In this document: positions 23,701 through 37,482 of the stretch, in pieces
Numbering within the stretch: position 1 is the stretch's first letter
How the letters are laid out: the number at the start of each line of letters is the position of its first letter
Assembly (NCBI GenBank): GCA_043228905.1
Contig: JBHGNT010000012.1
Location: 17,918,001 to 17,982,000, forward strand
Direction of reading: 5' to 3'
DNA: 64,000 nucleotides
Origin: Azolla caroliniana
Taxonomy: Eukaryota; Plantae; Polypodiophyta
Translations under genes and position numbers: made by a program
The notes under the pieces: generated by a model
Databases searched by the model: none
What the model was told of the DNA's origin: nothing
Seen by the model: only the letters and a program-made list of their open reading frames with translations

Positions 23701-25782
23701 TTCAAGCCACGGTAATCTACAACGAGACGAAGCGATCCATCTTTTTATTTGACGAAGAAAATGGGCGCGCCGGCTGGAGATTTCGAATGCCGAATGAAAC
23801 CCTTTTCCAAATTCTCCTCTATATAGGCCTGAAGGACTTCCAGCTCGGTTGGTGACAAATTGTAGATCGGTCCCCATGGCGGCTCTTTTCCCAGTTGTAA
23901 ATCGATGGGGCAATCGTACGGTCGATGATGAGGAAGTGTGTTGGCTTGTACTTTATCGAACACGTCAGCGTAATGACGATACTTCTCGGGAAGTTGAACG
24001 GTGGATTCTTCTTTAGTGGTGCTGGAGGGGTTTACTGATATTGCAAAGAGGAACATTTCCTCCTTGCGCCCTTCTTTACACAACTGACGTAGCGAAATGG
24101 TTGCCATCTTCTGAGTTGACCCTTGGGTTTGTCGACACCGGATTTCTCTTGTTCTCTAATCTATGTCTGGGTTATGTAACTCGAACCATGGTAATCCTAA
24201 AACTATAGGATGTTCTGGGATACTAATAATATTAAATGATACTACACATGCTAAGTTATCTAGGACAATATTAATGGGCTCTAACTCTTCTATGATATTT
24301 CCGGAAGCAATGGGACGTCCATCAATGACTACTACAGAGGCTGGACACTGGAGTTTTCTTAGGGATATCTTATGAGCTTGAGCAAATTTCTTATCCATAA
24401 AGCAAGAGTTAGCTCCAGAATCTAGGAGTGCTAGGACATGTACTGGAGGGGTACTTTTAGTACTAACTATTACTTGGGCTACGAACACATCACTAACTTG
24501 CTTAGAGGGAATGGAACCACTAATGGGCTGCACAGATCTAGGGCTGTCCAACCAAACGGCTCCTATTTTGGCTGGACTTAGTCGTTTAACTCTTCTTCTA
24601 ACTGACTAAGGACATCAAATTTGTTTGCTAGATCTGGGATATTAGTACTATTAGTACTATTAGGACTATCAGATATCCCTACTGAAATAGGCTCGGATTT
24701 AGTACAATTAGAACTAGCGACTATTTGGTTTACTTGTCTTCTTGGCCTATGGGGGCAATTTATTGCGATATGTCCTGGTCCACCGCAGTAAAGACATAGT
24801 CGATTTGTACGACGTCGCTTCTTTTCTTCTTCGGATAATGGCCCTCAACGACGTGTAGTGTCAATCTCCATCGGAGTCGGAGTATTCGCTGGAGGCGCAT
24901 TATATGACTCCCTCGGAAAAGGTCTTGCTACCACTGAGGCGTAGGTGGGCTCTGATCTTGCCCTCGGCATCTGTAGTTGTCGTTCCGAACGTCGCTCAAA
25001 GAGGCGGTTGTCACATCTCACCGCGCGACTGATTGCTTCTGTTAAGGACTTTGGCTCTTCGGGGAAGGTCAATAGTAAATCCTTGACGTCGTTGCGTAAA
25101 CCATAACGGAATTGCTCCATCAACGCTTGATCATCCCAAGGGATATCGGCGGCGAGTAGGCGAAAATCTGCAGCGTATGCGGAGGCTGGACGGTCACCTT
25201 GGCGTAATCGCCGGATTTTGTTGATTGCGGTCCTGATGCTGTCAGTATCTCCGAAACATGCTTTAAACTCACCTAGAAACTCTTCAAAATTGTTGAGTAA
25301 CGGAGATTCCTTTTCTAATAGTGGAGCGAACCATGACAACGTTGAGCCACTTAACAAAGTGCCTACTAAACCCACTTGTGATGCATCGGTGGGATATCGG
25401 GAAGGATGCATTTGAATAACTAATCGTACCTGGTTAAGGAACCCTCTAAACTGCGATCGCGTTCCATCGAACTTCGTGGGAAGGCCAATCTTGGGTTCTT
25501 TATGAATCCCTTGTGTTCCGGGCCCTTGTTGTTGCATCGCTACGATGGTTGCTTCGAGTTGTTGCACGCGTAACGCAAGTTCCCCATGTTGTTGTTGCGT
25601 TTGTTGCTTTTCTAAGGAGATTTGCTGAAGATCCCCCAGCAACCGTTGGTTTTCTTGTTCCAAAGCATGGAACTTCTCCTTCAAGCATTGAAATTCCGAG
25701 AAAACAGATTGATATTCTTCAGTCTTAAGCCTTTTAGCCACCATTGTATATTCTCTTCATATAATACATATCTTTCTTATCA

Positions 25783-25821
<39 letters not shown>

Positions 25822-26172
25822 CTCTCTCTTTCTCTCTGTCTCGCTCACTTCTTCCTTCTCTCGAAGAAGTTCCACACCTCTCATAGTACTAATCCTTCGT
25901 TTAGTACTAATTCCTTCTCTGTCTCAGTACTGTTCATGACAGTTTCAACCAATTTGGTTCAACATAATGCCTAGTGCCCTCTTTTATAGTGTTTTCAGGA
26001 GTAATCCTAAAGCTTCTAGAATGTTCCAGAGAAATCTGGAATATACACTAATTTCCTATAATAAAATGTAAATGAAAATAATATCCTACGTGTTACAATA
26101 GATGATCAAATGGTCAAGAGCTCGACCCATATAACCTAAGGTCATGGGTTCGAGTCTCGCCATATCATGACA
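20546..26172 (-). mobile_element. Chromovirus (Tcn1-like Ty3/gypsy) with gag-PR-RT-RH-IN-chromodomain; TSD GAGAC
   Basis: Termini TGTCATGA...TCATGACA; GAGAC at 20541-20545 and 26173-26177. Intact LTR 20546-21001 with PPT next to 21002. Motifs [33 protein letters not shown] and EYEVAAILDSK...YLVDWLGY...TWEP. Several stops. Confidence 0.95.
20994..21320 (-). pseudogene. Integrase C-terminal chromodomain
   Basis: Aromatic-cage type chromodomain: Y-E-V...YYLVDWLGYSPSERTWEP. Confidence 0.9.
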
Positions 26173-26377
26173 GAGACCGAGTAGTCCCGGTGGAATCGGT
26201 CGAGATGTACGAGATCATTGCGAAAATGCGGCCGGATGCGCTCTGCAAAAAAGAAGCAATGGTAAGGACGAAATACAAGACCATGGAGAAGAAAGTGAAA
26301 CCGGCCGCAGGACCGTTACCACCGATAGCGAGCAAAAGAGGAAAGAAGTCTCGGGACATCTGACACTTCGGAAGTCC

Positions 26378-27362
26378 GTGGATATCGGACATGCCTTCAC
26401 GGATGAGACCTGGAAGAAACTTCAAATCGATGGAGGTGGTTTCCTTTTACAAAATGAAGAAGAAAGATTCCATGGGATGTTGGAACAACATGGAAAAGCA
26501 TTTGCATTCACATTAAAGGAGATAGGGTGCGTTGATTCGAAGATAGTGGAGCCAATGGTGATCTTCACAATTGACCATGTGCCGTGGAACCTGAAGCCGA
26601 TTCTGGTGCCGTGGGCGCATATTCCCAAAATCATCGACTTGCTCAAGGAGAAGGTGGTGACGGGGATTCTAGAGTCATCAAACGCTCTGTACTCAAATCG
26701 ATGGTTTATGGTTCCGAAGAACAATGGGTCACTCCGATTTATCCAAGACTTGCAACCGGTGAACAAGGTCACGATCTGGAACTCCGGAGTCGGTCCGATA
26801 ATGGACGAATTTGTGGAAGCATTTGCCGGTCATGCGATATACTCCATCGGAGACCTATACTCAGGGTATGACCAATTCCAACTAGTAGTGGAGAGTCGAG
26901 ACATCACTACCATGCGGACACCGATAGGATTAGTCCGAATGTGCACACTACCACAAGGAGCGACAAACTCGGTTGCACATATGATGAACACGATGAACAA
27001 GGTGCTTCGAGATTGCATTCCGGAGATAACGATGCCGTTCCTAGATGACATTTCGATGAAAGGATGCGCGGTAGAAGAAAAAGATGAAACTATGGATGAT
27101 CGGGGATGCCGAAAGTTCGTAGTCAACCATGTTCGTGATTGCAAGAAAGTGCTTCGAAAATTGGAAGATGTACACCTAACACTTTCCGGGGAGAAATCAA
27201 CATTCGGGCAAGAAGAGATATTGGTAGTCGGGCATCTATGTGGGCCCTACGGCCGAAGACCGTCACCAACCAAGATTGATGCGATTCAAGCTATGAGAGA
27301 AGTATGTGAGTCACAATCCGAAGTCCAAAGGTTTCTTGGAGCGTGTGCATTCTATCTTGTAT
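26378..27362 (+). pseudogene. Gypsy reverse transcriptase, truncated
   Basis: LRFIQDLQPVNKVT, DLYSGYDQF, LPQGATNS and PFLDD motifs. Homology ends at FLGACAFY. Confidence 0.9.
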
Positions 27363-28190
27363 GGATTTGGCGTAGGACCAAACTTGAATTCTAGCCTCTA
27401 AAAATTCCATTTGGATTGTCATAGGAGTGGCTCGGTAGTAATAACCCTAGAACTTCTTGGTGGATGGGGAAATGGGATTTTTATAGTTACTACTCAACTA
27501 ATGTGGTCCATATGTTACTTAAAATTGCACCAACACACATTTGACAATTCCCAAAACAAGTAAATTTTAGAGAAATAACTTAAACTAAATATTGACAACA
27601 CTTATAACTCATGTGGATTACAATGGGGTTTTGGGAAAACAGACGAATTTTACATTGGATTTTCCGTAATTAACCCTTCACATAGGGTGAGAAGAGATTT
27701 GATAAGGAAGAGCATAGGGGGGATATCCTTGAGTTTCAACTTTACGAGTCTACGATTGACGACTTCGTTGTAGCCCTTGTGGTTTACTAACCCACGAAAC
27801 TTTGTTTGTTGACAAAGATTGGCGTTTAAATCCCCAAAACCAATGAGCCCCAATTTGAGCTCTCTTGTACATTATATAGATGCTATAGAGCTCTCTTGCC
27901 AAATAAAAATAGTATTATCTCTTTCTAAGTCAATCACGGTTGATTTCTCTCTCTTTTTTTCTTCTTTTTTTATTTATTTATCAAAACTATCATCCATTGG
28001 TTTTTTTTTTTTCCAAAATGAAGCTACTTTCCCATTAGTTAGGAAGGATTATTACATAGAGAGTCTACAAGGAGACTTATACACACATCGGGGAGTCTAC
28101 CTCCGATCAAGTAAAAGAAGATCAGCCTACTTACAATGCCTTGCGGCCTAACTTAATGTAAGAAGCTACCTATATCTAAGGCGATGGCCT

Positions 28191-31100
28191 TCAATGTTGC
28201 CTAGTACGAGTCGGCTCTTGGGTCCTACAACGAAGAGAGGGTGGCAGGTGAGTAGGAAACAACCAGCATGGGAGCCGGTAATTCCACCTCAGGCCACTCT
28301 CGCCTTGCATCACCATAGGTGTGTTCCTCCATTTCTGCCAAAAGCGCAACCGGGCAGAGATCACGTCGTTGGAGTGGCTGCAAATCTCTTCCAGTTGCCC
28401 TCGTAGGCAGCTGATAATCGTGAACCATATGTCCATGATCACTTCCTCCGGGGGCCGTACCGTACCTTGGAAAACCTTGAGGCAACGCGCTTTCCATATG
28501 TACCACAAGGTGAAACCTGCAATCAGCATCCAGATTTCTGGAAACCTAGGGGATGCGGGCTGCAAGCCTCTTTCGAAATGGATCTTGACGATTTTGCCTC
28601 TCGTGCATACATAGCACCAACTATCCGCATTGACGGTGTCCGTCCACCCTCCGACCGAGTGACCAATCCATGCCGCAGCGCTCCACGAGGCTGTTCCTTC
28701 AACTTCACATGCCGCAAGGAGGCGAGTCACTCTATCCCAGATCTTTTGAGCTTGAGGGCAATCCCACAGACAATGTCTCAGAGTCTCAATAGGTCGAGAG
28801 CACAGTGGGCAGCCTAACGGGCCGCCGCATTTACCTAGCCATTCACCAATGGGCACCACATTGTGACCGATCTACCACCAAAAGAGCTTGATCTTTTCAG
28901 GCATGTGGAGGCACCAGAGACCTTTCCAAAAGGTAATGAGCGCCTCATCGGGGATGCCCAATGTTCGCCAACCATTGCGAAGGGGGTTGCCCAGTTGCAG
29001 CTGCAAAGTCCGACCCAATTTAGTGGTGTAATCGAAGAAGTGATGGAGTCTATCATCATGTTTCCATTTGAAATCCCCTAGGTCCCAATCCAGATCGACA
29101 AGGGGGCGACAGCCATATACCCTTAACCTCCAATGGGGTTCCACCTTAGCTACATCCGGGTCTGTCTTCCAGATGTTGTCAACCCGTGCCACCACTCGGA
29201 TTGGGTGCCAAGAGCCCCTGCTCTGACTGTCCCCAAAAACTGTATCTCTCCCCGATCCTCTCACACCCTTTAGCGACTTGACCATTCCAACCTCGTCAAA
29301 GAGACCGAACCATGTAGGTTCTCTCGCCTCCCCCATCGGAACCCTGTCAACTGCCTCAGCTATCAGTCTCCGCATTTTCGTAGCTCCCTTGAGGGGAGGG
29401 AAAAGGTCCTCTTGGGCTCTTCCTAAAACAGCCATACGTCTCCAATCGTCTATAGATAGGAGGCATGTTTGTGCCAACTTTCCCCATGCTAGGCCCTTAA
29501 GTTGCGCTAGCATCGTGTCGTCACTTGTTCGCACGTGAGGATTCCAGAATAGTGGTTGTCTAGTCCATTCAGTCAATGTCTCCGGGGTGTGTTTGACCAA
29601 ATGTTGTCGTAGATGGCACCATGCCCGCAAGATGGAGTTCGCGACCCTGTCCTCCGGATGGCAAGCTAGCTTGGGTGGGACTCCGCTCGTGCAGCACCAA
29701 TTCAAGGAGTCGGGCCAAGGCCTACCATACTTGGGAGTCCCTGCTTGCAGCCTGTTGCGAAGAAGTACCTTCCAGCACCCCTTACCTGGCAAGAGGCAGC
29801 GAACCACCATTTTAGCCATCAATGAACGACTTTGCATTAAGGGGTCTATGAGGCCAAGCCCCCCTTTGGCCCGCGGTTGCGTTAACCAACACCATGACAC
29901 TCTGGCAGCAGCCCTTGGGTTGTCCTTACCTGACCATATAAACCCCCTGATGGCAGCCTTAATCGCGTGCAGACCTGTAGGGTCCATAATCCAGCAGGAG
30001 ACTGAGTGCCACATGGTAGCAAGCAACACTTGGTTCGCAACAAGGACCCTACCAGCGAAGGATAGTTTAGATCTACTCCATTGGGTCAACTTCCTGTTTA
30101 TTTTGGCTTGTACGTGGGCCAATTGCGCTCCCTTGGGGATTGACCTCCCCATCGTAAATCCAAGGTACTTGAACGTCGTCCCATTAGGGACCCACATAAA
30201 ATCGGCATGGGGTTGCCATCTTGGTTTCTCTTGTTCGCTGAACCATAGGCCTTGGGTTTTATTCCAATTGATCTTGGCACCAGCCGCCTGACAAAAGTCC
30301 TCAACAAGATGTTCAGCCCGCTGCAGATTCTCCTCATCACCTTGCAAGAAAAGAACTGTATCGTCGGCATATTCAGATAACAACAAATCTTCAGTCGCAT
30401 TGGGGATGGGCAATCCCCGCAGCCCGCTGGTTGGTGCTTGTAAGTAGGCGGAGAAAGCCTCGGTTACAAAGAGATAGAGATATGGGGCTAGGGGACAACC
30501 TTGCCTCACTGAGCGTTGTAGTTGGAAGGCGGGTCCCCTAGAACCAGCCAACAGCACGCTACTCGTAGCTATCCGGTAGAGTGCAGAAGTGCAATTCCTC
30601 CATTTTTGAGGTAGGCCCAAAGCTCGCATCACATTTTCCAAAAAGGGCCATAACAACTGGTCGTAGGCCTTCTCGAAGTCTAACATCAGAATAGCCGAGC
30701 TCGATACGGAGCGGCCGGCCAATGCCATAGCTTCCCAAAGAAGCACCACATTATCAAAAATACACCTGTTCTTGGCAAATCCAGTTTGATTGTCATGTAT
30801 GATGTCTGGTAAGAAGCTTGCTAACCGTTGAGCTAGGACTTTAGCGAGTATCTTGAGCAAGGATCGTGATTGGACGCCACTGGCGCAACTCTAGGCTTCG
30901 CTCTGACACTTTGGGGATGAGATATATCAGCCCCTCAGCCAAACCAATTGGCATCTTTCCTGAGGACCAAATCTCTTGAACTCCGGCTTCCAAAGACGGG
31001 ATGACACATTCCCAATGAATCTCGAAGAAATCTCGTGAGAGACCATCGGGGCCGGGGCATGCACCCCTTCGCAATCCCCTAAGCGCCTCCGAGAGTTCTA

Positions 31101-32496
31101 AACAAGAGATGGGGCTATCGAGCACAACTTCCATCGCCTGGGTTACCTTGGGGTGAATGCAAGACATCACTCGATCAGCCAGCTCCGTGTGTTGCCTCAC
31201 TTGCATAGGTGCGAGGAGGTCACGATAGTATTGTGTTGCCATTTCCAGAATCTCAGTCTTGTCCTCCGTTATCGAGCCGTCTGGTTTTCGCAACCCTTGT
31301 ATACGTCCACCACCACCCTTGGGTGCCTTGTAGTGAAAGAAATGTTGGTTGACCTTGTCGTCTTTTCTAGCCCACCATGCTGCATTTCTTCGAAACAACA
31401 TTCGGTTCTTCTCCAAAGTCCTTTCCTGTACCTTCATCTTTGCTTCCTCCAACTTAGCTCTAGACCAAGTGCAACCAGGGTCTACCTGTAGCAGCCGTTG
31501 CACTGCCGCAACGGCCTTCCTTAATTTTGTTTCAATGGCTCTAACCTGTTGGAGGGCGCGCTTGGTCTCCTGTTGTAAGAAGGAGGAGGAGAGGGCCAAT
31601 TTTTTTTGCAAATCTTCGCTGGCTGATTCACTGCCCGTGGTGTCCTGCCATATACTTTGTAAACCGGCCTTCACCTCTTCACTCTTCATGATCTTTGTGG
31701 GGATCTTCACATTGAGACTGCCCTTGCTATCGTTGGGTGGGTAAAGGTCTAGTCTCACCGGTTGATGATCTGAAAAGGTAAGACCTGCCAAGATAGCAAA
31801 GGCGCCCCCAAGCTCTTCGAGGGATGAGCTGATGTATATGCGATCAAGTCGTGCAAGACTACCGCCCCTAGCATTCCCGGCGGCTCTGGAAAAATGCAGT
31901 GAATGTGAGCTTCTCCTAAGGGAAGATCCCCATGTATCCTTCACCCCGATTTTGCCAATTAGGAAAGCCCATGAATCCAGCTCCGCACCATAAATAGGCC
32001 TCTGGGTCCCTCCTTTCCTATCTCCCAGGTGTTCAGTCATGTTGAAATCACCTACCATTACCCAAGCCTCGACATCAGGTAATGTTATCGCTAGCATCCT
32101 CCAAAAGATTGCTCTCTCGGGGGCTGAGTTAGGGGCATAAATGTTTAGCACCCCAACCTGTAGGTGATTCCATTTCAGAAGCACGTATAAGGCCCGACCC
32201 TCCACCAATGTGCCAGATTATGTTACTTCGTATCGGGCCTTATCGCTGATCGAGATGCAGACCCCTCCTCTTCGGTGGAGGTCACCTTGTGCAGCTGACC
32301 ACCATATGGTCCACCCACCCGACAGGGGGTTTACTAAGCTCTGAGTTCGCTCTTGCGAGAGGTGGTGTTCCTGCAAAAGCAATATGTCAATATGCCCCCC
32401 TATATTAAGGGGATTCAGCTCCTCCTGAAGTCTTCGGCACTCTTGGTGTTGTCGGCCTCCACCAAGGCCCTGTACATTCCACGTTAGGATCCTCAT
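28191..32496 (-). pseudogene. LINE ORF2 (APE endonuclease, RT, zf-RVT), with about 3 disruptions
   Basis: TWNVQG, LLQEH, GDFN, RLDRIY and SDH (endonuclease); QGCPLAPYLY and YADD (RT); CPLCSRPIETLRHCLWDC. Breaks near 32218, 30850 and 28870. Confidence 0.93.
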
Positions 32497-35400
32497 CCGA
32501 AAGCGGTGACGTTGACGCCCATGTTCGGGCTGATCCCCATGTTAAGGGGCAACCTAACACCTATTTCAAGGGGTATGGTCTCCACAGCAGGCTTCAAATC
32601 CCCTACGAGATTCTCAGCCGGTCATTCCCGACCCGCTTCAAATAGATCCCGCGATACATTTGTGCTCCGAAGCGGTGGCACCTCTTGCATCCCTCTATCT
32701 AAGAGAGGCGTCGCCAAACCAGGTGTTGGTCGGCCTATCTTACCCTTTCCCTTGTACTTGAGCTTGCCCGTCCGGATCCACGATTTCACTAATCTGAGGC
32801 CACTACCACCTTCACGTTCCAACGGGAGGGGGGGGTTTGCCAACTTCTCATCCGGGGTGGATGGTACGAGTTGGGGTTGCATCTCCATCGGGGTAGAGAA
32901 CACAAGTTCAAGCTCTCGTGGGGCAAGGCATGAGGAGTCGCATGGGGACAACATTGCTGCCAGCGCTTCTAGGTCGCCATCCCCTAACCCTTGAAGAGGT
33001 GTAAATTTGTTGGTAGCTCTCACCTGTAGGTCGGGTGCATCAACACTCCCGGAGAGGATCTTTACCCGTTTCAAGGGTTGCTCATCCGCGCTTTCTGGTG
33101 ACAAGGTAGAGGGACTTCTTTCAAAGGGGTGGTCACGAAAAAGGGTGGAAGAGGATGCACCTAGGCCTCCAAGTTTCCCCTTCTTCTTAACGGGTATCCA
33201 AGGAGCCTCGTCACCCTTGGTTGGCCCGACTTTGCCCGAGGGTCGAGGTCCCGAGCTTCCCTTTCCAATCTTGCGAGGACACACCTTAGCTAGGTGTCTT
33301 GTCTGTTTGCAAATGAAACACTGCCCCGGAAGTCCCTCGTAAACCACTTTCACCACTGTGAGACCTAGCTCCTCAGAGTAGAGTCTAATCCTTGATGGAA
33401 GTCCTTGGAGGGAAGGCACCAAGATGCGCAACTTGGGCACCTCCGCAACTGTGTCTGCCATTGACACTTTTTGAGGACATATCATCCCTATTTCTTCGCC
33501 AAAAAGAGGGAGCAGATGGCACAAATGAGGAGGGAGGCCGGGAAATGTTGCGTTGATCACCATAGGGTTGTTGAGTTTCCGTAACTCTTTGTTGAGAGAC
33601 AAGCTCAACATCGGCCGGATCGGCTGAAGAAGCCGAGGACCGGATCGGTTGGACCAATCGGTTAGGCCGAGTGCGTAAACCGGGAGGCCGTTAGGAAAGA
33701 TATTCCGTGAGGAATATATTTGGGAGTTAGTGTAGGAGCTCTTAATGAGCATTGAAGTACTGTCAGTACTTTTGTCGGTCCTTCTAGGACTTGTATAAAA
33801 GTGTTCATTGAACACACATATGTATAGAGTGTGGTGAATAGAGATTGTTGTTGTTGAATATAGTTCGTGTGTTTTCTCTCTCTCTCTCTCTCACTCTCTC
33901 TGTCTCTCCCGCATATACTGCGTAAGCTCAAGCTCTCCATTGACCCTGAGTTTTCTTCCTCCTGTTCGGTCTTCACACTTGCTTCCGCACGTTACTTTTC
34001 ACATGGTATCAGAGCGCGAGGGTTGAGAACCTCTCTGCAGCCGACACAGCTTGACGAAGAAGAACAAGAAGAACGATGGATAGAAGCATGGCGAGCTCGC
34101 TTCCAACAGAGAAGCTCAACAGAACCAACTATGCGTCTTGGTCCTACAAGATGCACCAGTACCTGCTCGGGCACGGCTACTGGAGTTATGTCGAAGGAGC
34201 TAATGACGCGGCACCCGAATCGACACACAAAGACTTCCTGTCGTGGGAGCAATCGGCAAGCAGGGTATTATACTGCTTCGCGTCGTATGTGGGCGAACAA
34301 CTATTGAGCTATGTTCGGGATGCAAAGACGCCGAAGGGTGCGTGGGAAAATCTGAAGAAGATTTTTGTCGTGAGCACCACAGCCAAGAAGCTTTAGCTCC
34401 GACAGGAGTTGAGCAACCTACGACAACGCGACTTGTCGGTGGCGGACTATACCTTGAAGATCAAGGATATCTGCGACTCCCTCGCCTCCATAGAGGTGAA
34501 CATCGAGGAGAGCGAGATGGTCCAGATCTGTCTTGGAGGTTTGGCGTCGAAGTTCGGAGCGTTCCGAACGGCTGTGTGTACCCGGGAGAATACGTTGTCC
34601 TTTTTCGACTTACAGTCAATGCTCCTGGTAGAGGAGAACCACGCGAGTGCGTCTACAAGCACGCACACCGACAGCAAAATGTTGTACACAGAGGGAGATA
34701 GGCCCCGTGGACGTGGAGGACGAGGCGAGTCGGCGCGCAATGGAGGTGGCCGACGAGATCAAAGAAGAAGGCACCTAAGTGATGCCGATAGCAACTCCGG
34801 ACCCTCCGGAAACAGGGGGAGTCAAAGCGATGAGAACCGGCAAGGGAAGGCCATCGCGGAGTGCTGGTACTGTGGCAAGAAAGGCCACAAGGAAAGTGAG
34901 TGCTGGAAGAAGCGCGCCGATTCGGAGAGAACCGGTTCCGGAAACGGCTCCAGACATACCGACAAGGGAAATCGGCAGCGATCGCACTACGCCGAAGACT
35001 CCGGGAGAGCCGGAGAAGGGTCTGCCTTCGTGACGAGACACGAAGCAAACTCAATAAAACAGACCACCCCGAGATCGAACGAGGTGTGGTACGTAGACTC
35101 CAGAGCGTCAAACCACATGACGAGCCATAAGGAGTGGTTCTCGTACCTTGAAAAACCAATACAACCTGGAGTAGTCGCAACTGGAGACGACACTCCGCAT
35201 CCAATCGCGAATGTCGGAGAAGTTCCCCTTAGCCATGTTGGGCAGAAAGGGAAACTCATGAACGTGTTGCACGTTCTGACAATCACGAAGAACTTGGTCT
35301 CGGTCGGACAGATCGTCAACCAAGGGATGGAGGTTCGGTTTACACACCTCGGGTGCTTCATTGAGGAAGAAGGCCATGTGATTGCGCAAGGGCACAGAGA

Positions 35401-37444
35401 CGGGAGGATGTTCATCCTCGACTCCACTGACGGCGGCACCGCAATGTTCGCGAAGGGACAAAAATCCGAGTCGAACATCGACTTGTGGCACAAGCGGATA
35501 GGCCACGTCAACTACCAGCGGCTTCAAGATCTGCAAACGAAACAGGTAGTGTTCGGATTGCCCAAATTTAGTGGCCGAAAGGAAAAAATTTGTGAAGCCT
35601 GTCAGCTCGGGAAGCAACACCGACTTCCCTTCCCCAACGAGCGAAAGCGGAGCCGGAACAAGCTCGACCTTATACACTCCGATGTATGGGGGCCGGCACA
35701 AAACGTTAGTCTTGGCGGGAGCCGATTTTCGTCTCCTTCATTGACGACCACACGCAGCACACGTGGATCTACCTCATTGAGAGGAAGAGCGAAGTCTTCG
35801 ACTGTTTCCGGGACCTCAAAGGGTTCGTGGAAACGGAAACGGGACGAAAGATCAAGTGCATGCGGTTGGATGGCGGGAAAGAGTACTTTTCTGGTCAATT
35901 CAACGGTTATCTACAACAAATGGGAATTCGGCACGAATTCAGTTGTAGATACACGCCAGAGCAGAATGGCGTGGCCGAGAGGAAGAATCGGTCAATTGTG
36001 GAAGCGGCACGGGCAATGTTGGAGGAGAAGAGCTTGCCCAAGTTCTATTGGGCCGAGGCGGTAAGGACCGCGGTATACATCCAGAACCGGATTGAAGACA
36101 AAGTGTCGGCGCACGAGCTATATTTCGGAACGAAGCCGAACTTGCGACACTTGAGGGTGTTTGGTAGCATTGCGTATGTGCATGTACCGAAGGAGAAAAG
36201 GAGGAAGCTGGACGCAAAGGCCGAGAAATGCATCTTGGTCGGTTACTCGGACGAGCAGAAGGGTTATAAGTGCTGTAACCCTCGCACCAAACAAGCGCGT
36301 GTTAGCCGCGACGTTGTGGTTGACGAGCCCGCGTCCTGGTACCAGCCCCCGACTCCGAACCCCGACTCCAATCCGTGTTCTGACGATGAGGTCAGCGAGG
36401 CCGAGATGCCTCCGGATGAGCCCGAAATCGAGACCTGCGAAGAGAGTCTGATTTCACTCCACTTAAGTGGACCGATTGGACGACTGAGTCGGTACGATCA
36501 GTCCGATGAAGAGCCGGCGAGTAGTGGAGACTCGGCCGTGCATTCCCCGCGTAGGAAGCCGAGGAGACGGCTTACGCGCAAAGAGAAAGGGAAGAAGAAG
36601 GTGTCGAATTCCGGCACGGATAAGAACAAGTCAAACCGACGTGAGTCCGACTCCGAGGGAACCGGTGACGGGTCTTTAAAGATGAAGACCGCATCGACCG
36701 AGAAGGCCTCGACATCGGCTAATGTGAGACTACACCGATCTACCCGCCAGAAGAATCCAGTTTTGCGGTGTCGTGAAGATTTTCGTCCATAGGCGGAAAA
36801 CCGAGCGAAGCAAGCAAACCCGCGATGTGCAACGTTGCACATCAACATGTTGTATTTCTATTTATCGATAGTGATAAGTGTGGTGCTAGAAATGCACCTT
36901 AGGATTTGTAAAGTGTAAAGGTGATGTGCTTTTGCGCGCACATCCACGTGAGAAAGAGAGATAGGTACATAGTAGTTCGTGTAGAGGTGGGAGTTAAGAC
37001 CCATCCTTCCCACCTCCCCTAAAATCAAGGGAAATATCCCCATTGATTGAAAGGGGATATTTTGTAGCACCTTTATGTAACGGTCTTCCCTCCTTGTGCT
37101 ATAAAGGGAGAGGAAGAGCACCATTGTGGGGGTTGCCTATTTTGAGTGCGAAAGGTATACCACATAGGACGAGCGTTAGGTTTAGGGTTTCTTTCTTCTT
37201 CGTCGGATTAGGGTTTCGGGTTTATCATAGTCGTTCGGTGCGGCCTACGCGGCCGCCATTTTGTAATCGGTTTTCGGTTCTAATATATCTTGTTAGCATT
37301 TTGCCTCCATCTTCCTCTTGTTCATTCTTTCTCTTCTTGTGCTAAGCTCCATTCCGAAGTCCTACTCCTTCCCCCCTTCTCCTTAGTCCAAGACCCCCGT
37401 GGTTCCGCCCTTCTCCACGCACGCGCGTAACAACGCGACATCTT

Positions 37445-37462
37445 TGGTGAACCCGACGTGAA
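37445..37462 (+). promoter_or_regulatory. Primer-binding site complementary to cytosolic tRNA-Trp
   Basis: TGGTGAACCCGACGTGAA is the reverse complement of the plant tRNA-Trp 3' end TTCACGTCGGGTTCACCA. An identical site lies at 18946. Confidence 0.88.
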
Positions 37463-37482
37463 AGGCGGCAAGGGAGAAAGAG

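Larger units (their letters stand above)
18531..27362 (+). mobile_element. Ty3/gypsy element with tRNA-Trp PBS, interrupted by a chromovirus and 3'-truncated
   Basis: 5' LTR 18531-18941 (TGTCGT...ACGACA) and PBS TGGTGAACCCGACGTGAA at 18946-18963. Gag follows; RT resumes after the insertion. Confidence 0.88.

Noticed and set aside
32622-33815. 397-aa ORF with a novel N-terminus
   Set aside because: The N-terminus is antisense copia LTR read into the split LINE ORF1; the true start is at 45508.
36858-37345. Duplicated small ORFs (also at 41564-42051)
   Set aside because: They are identical only because they lie in the two LTRs; no coding signature.
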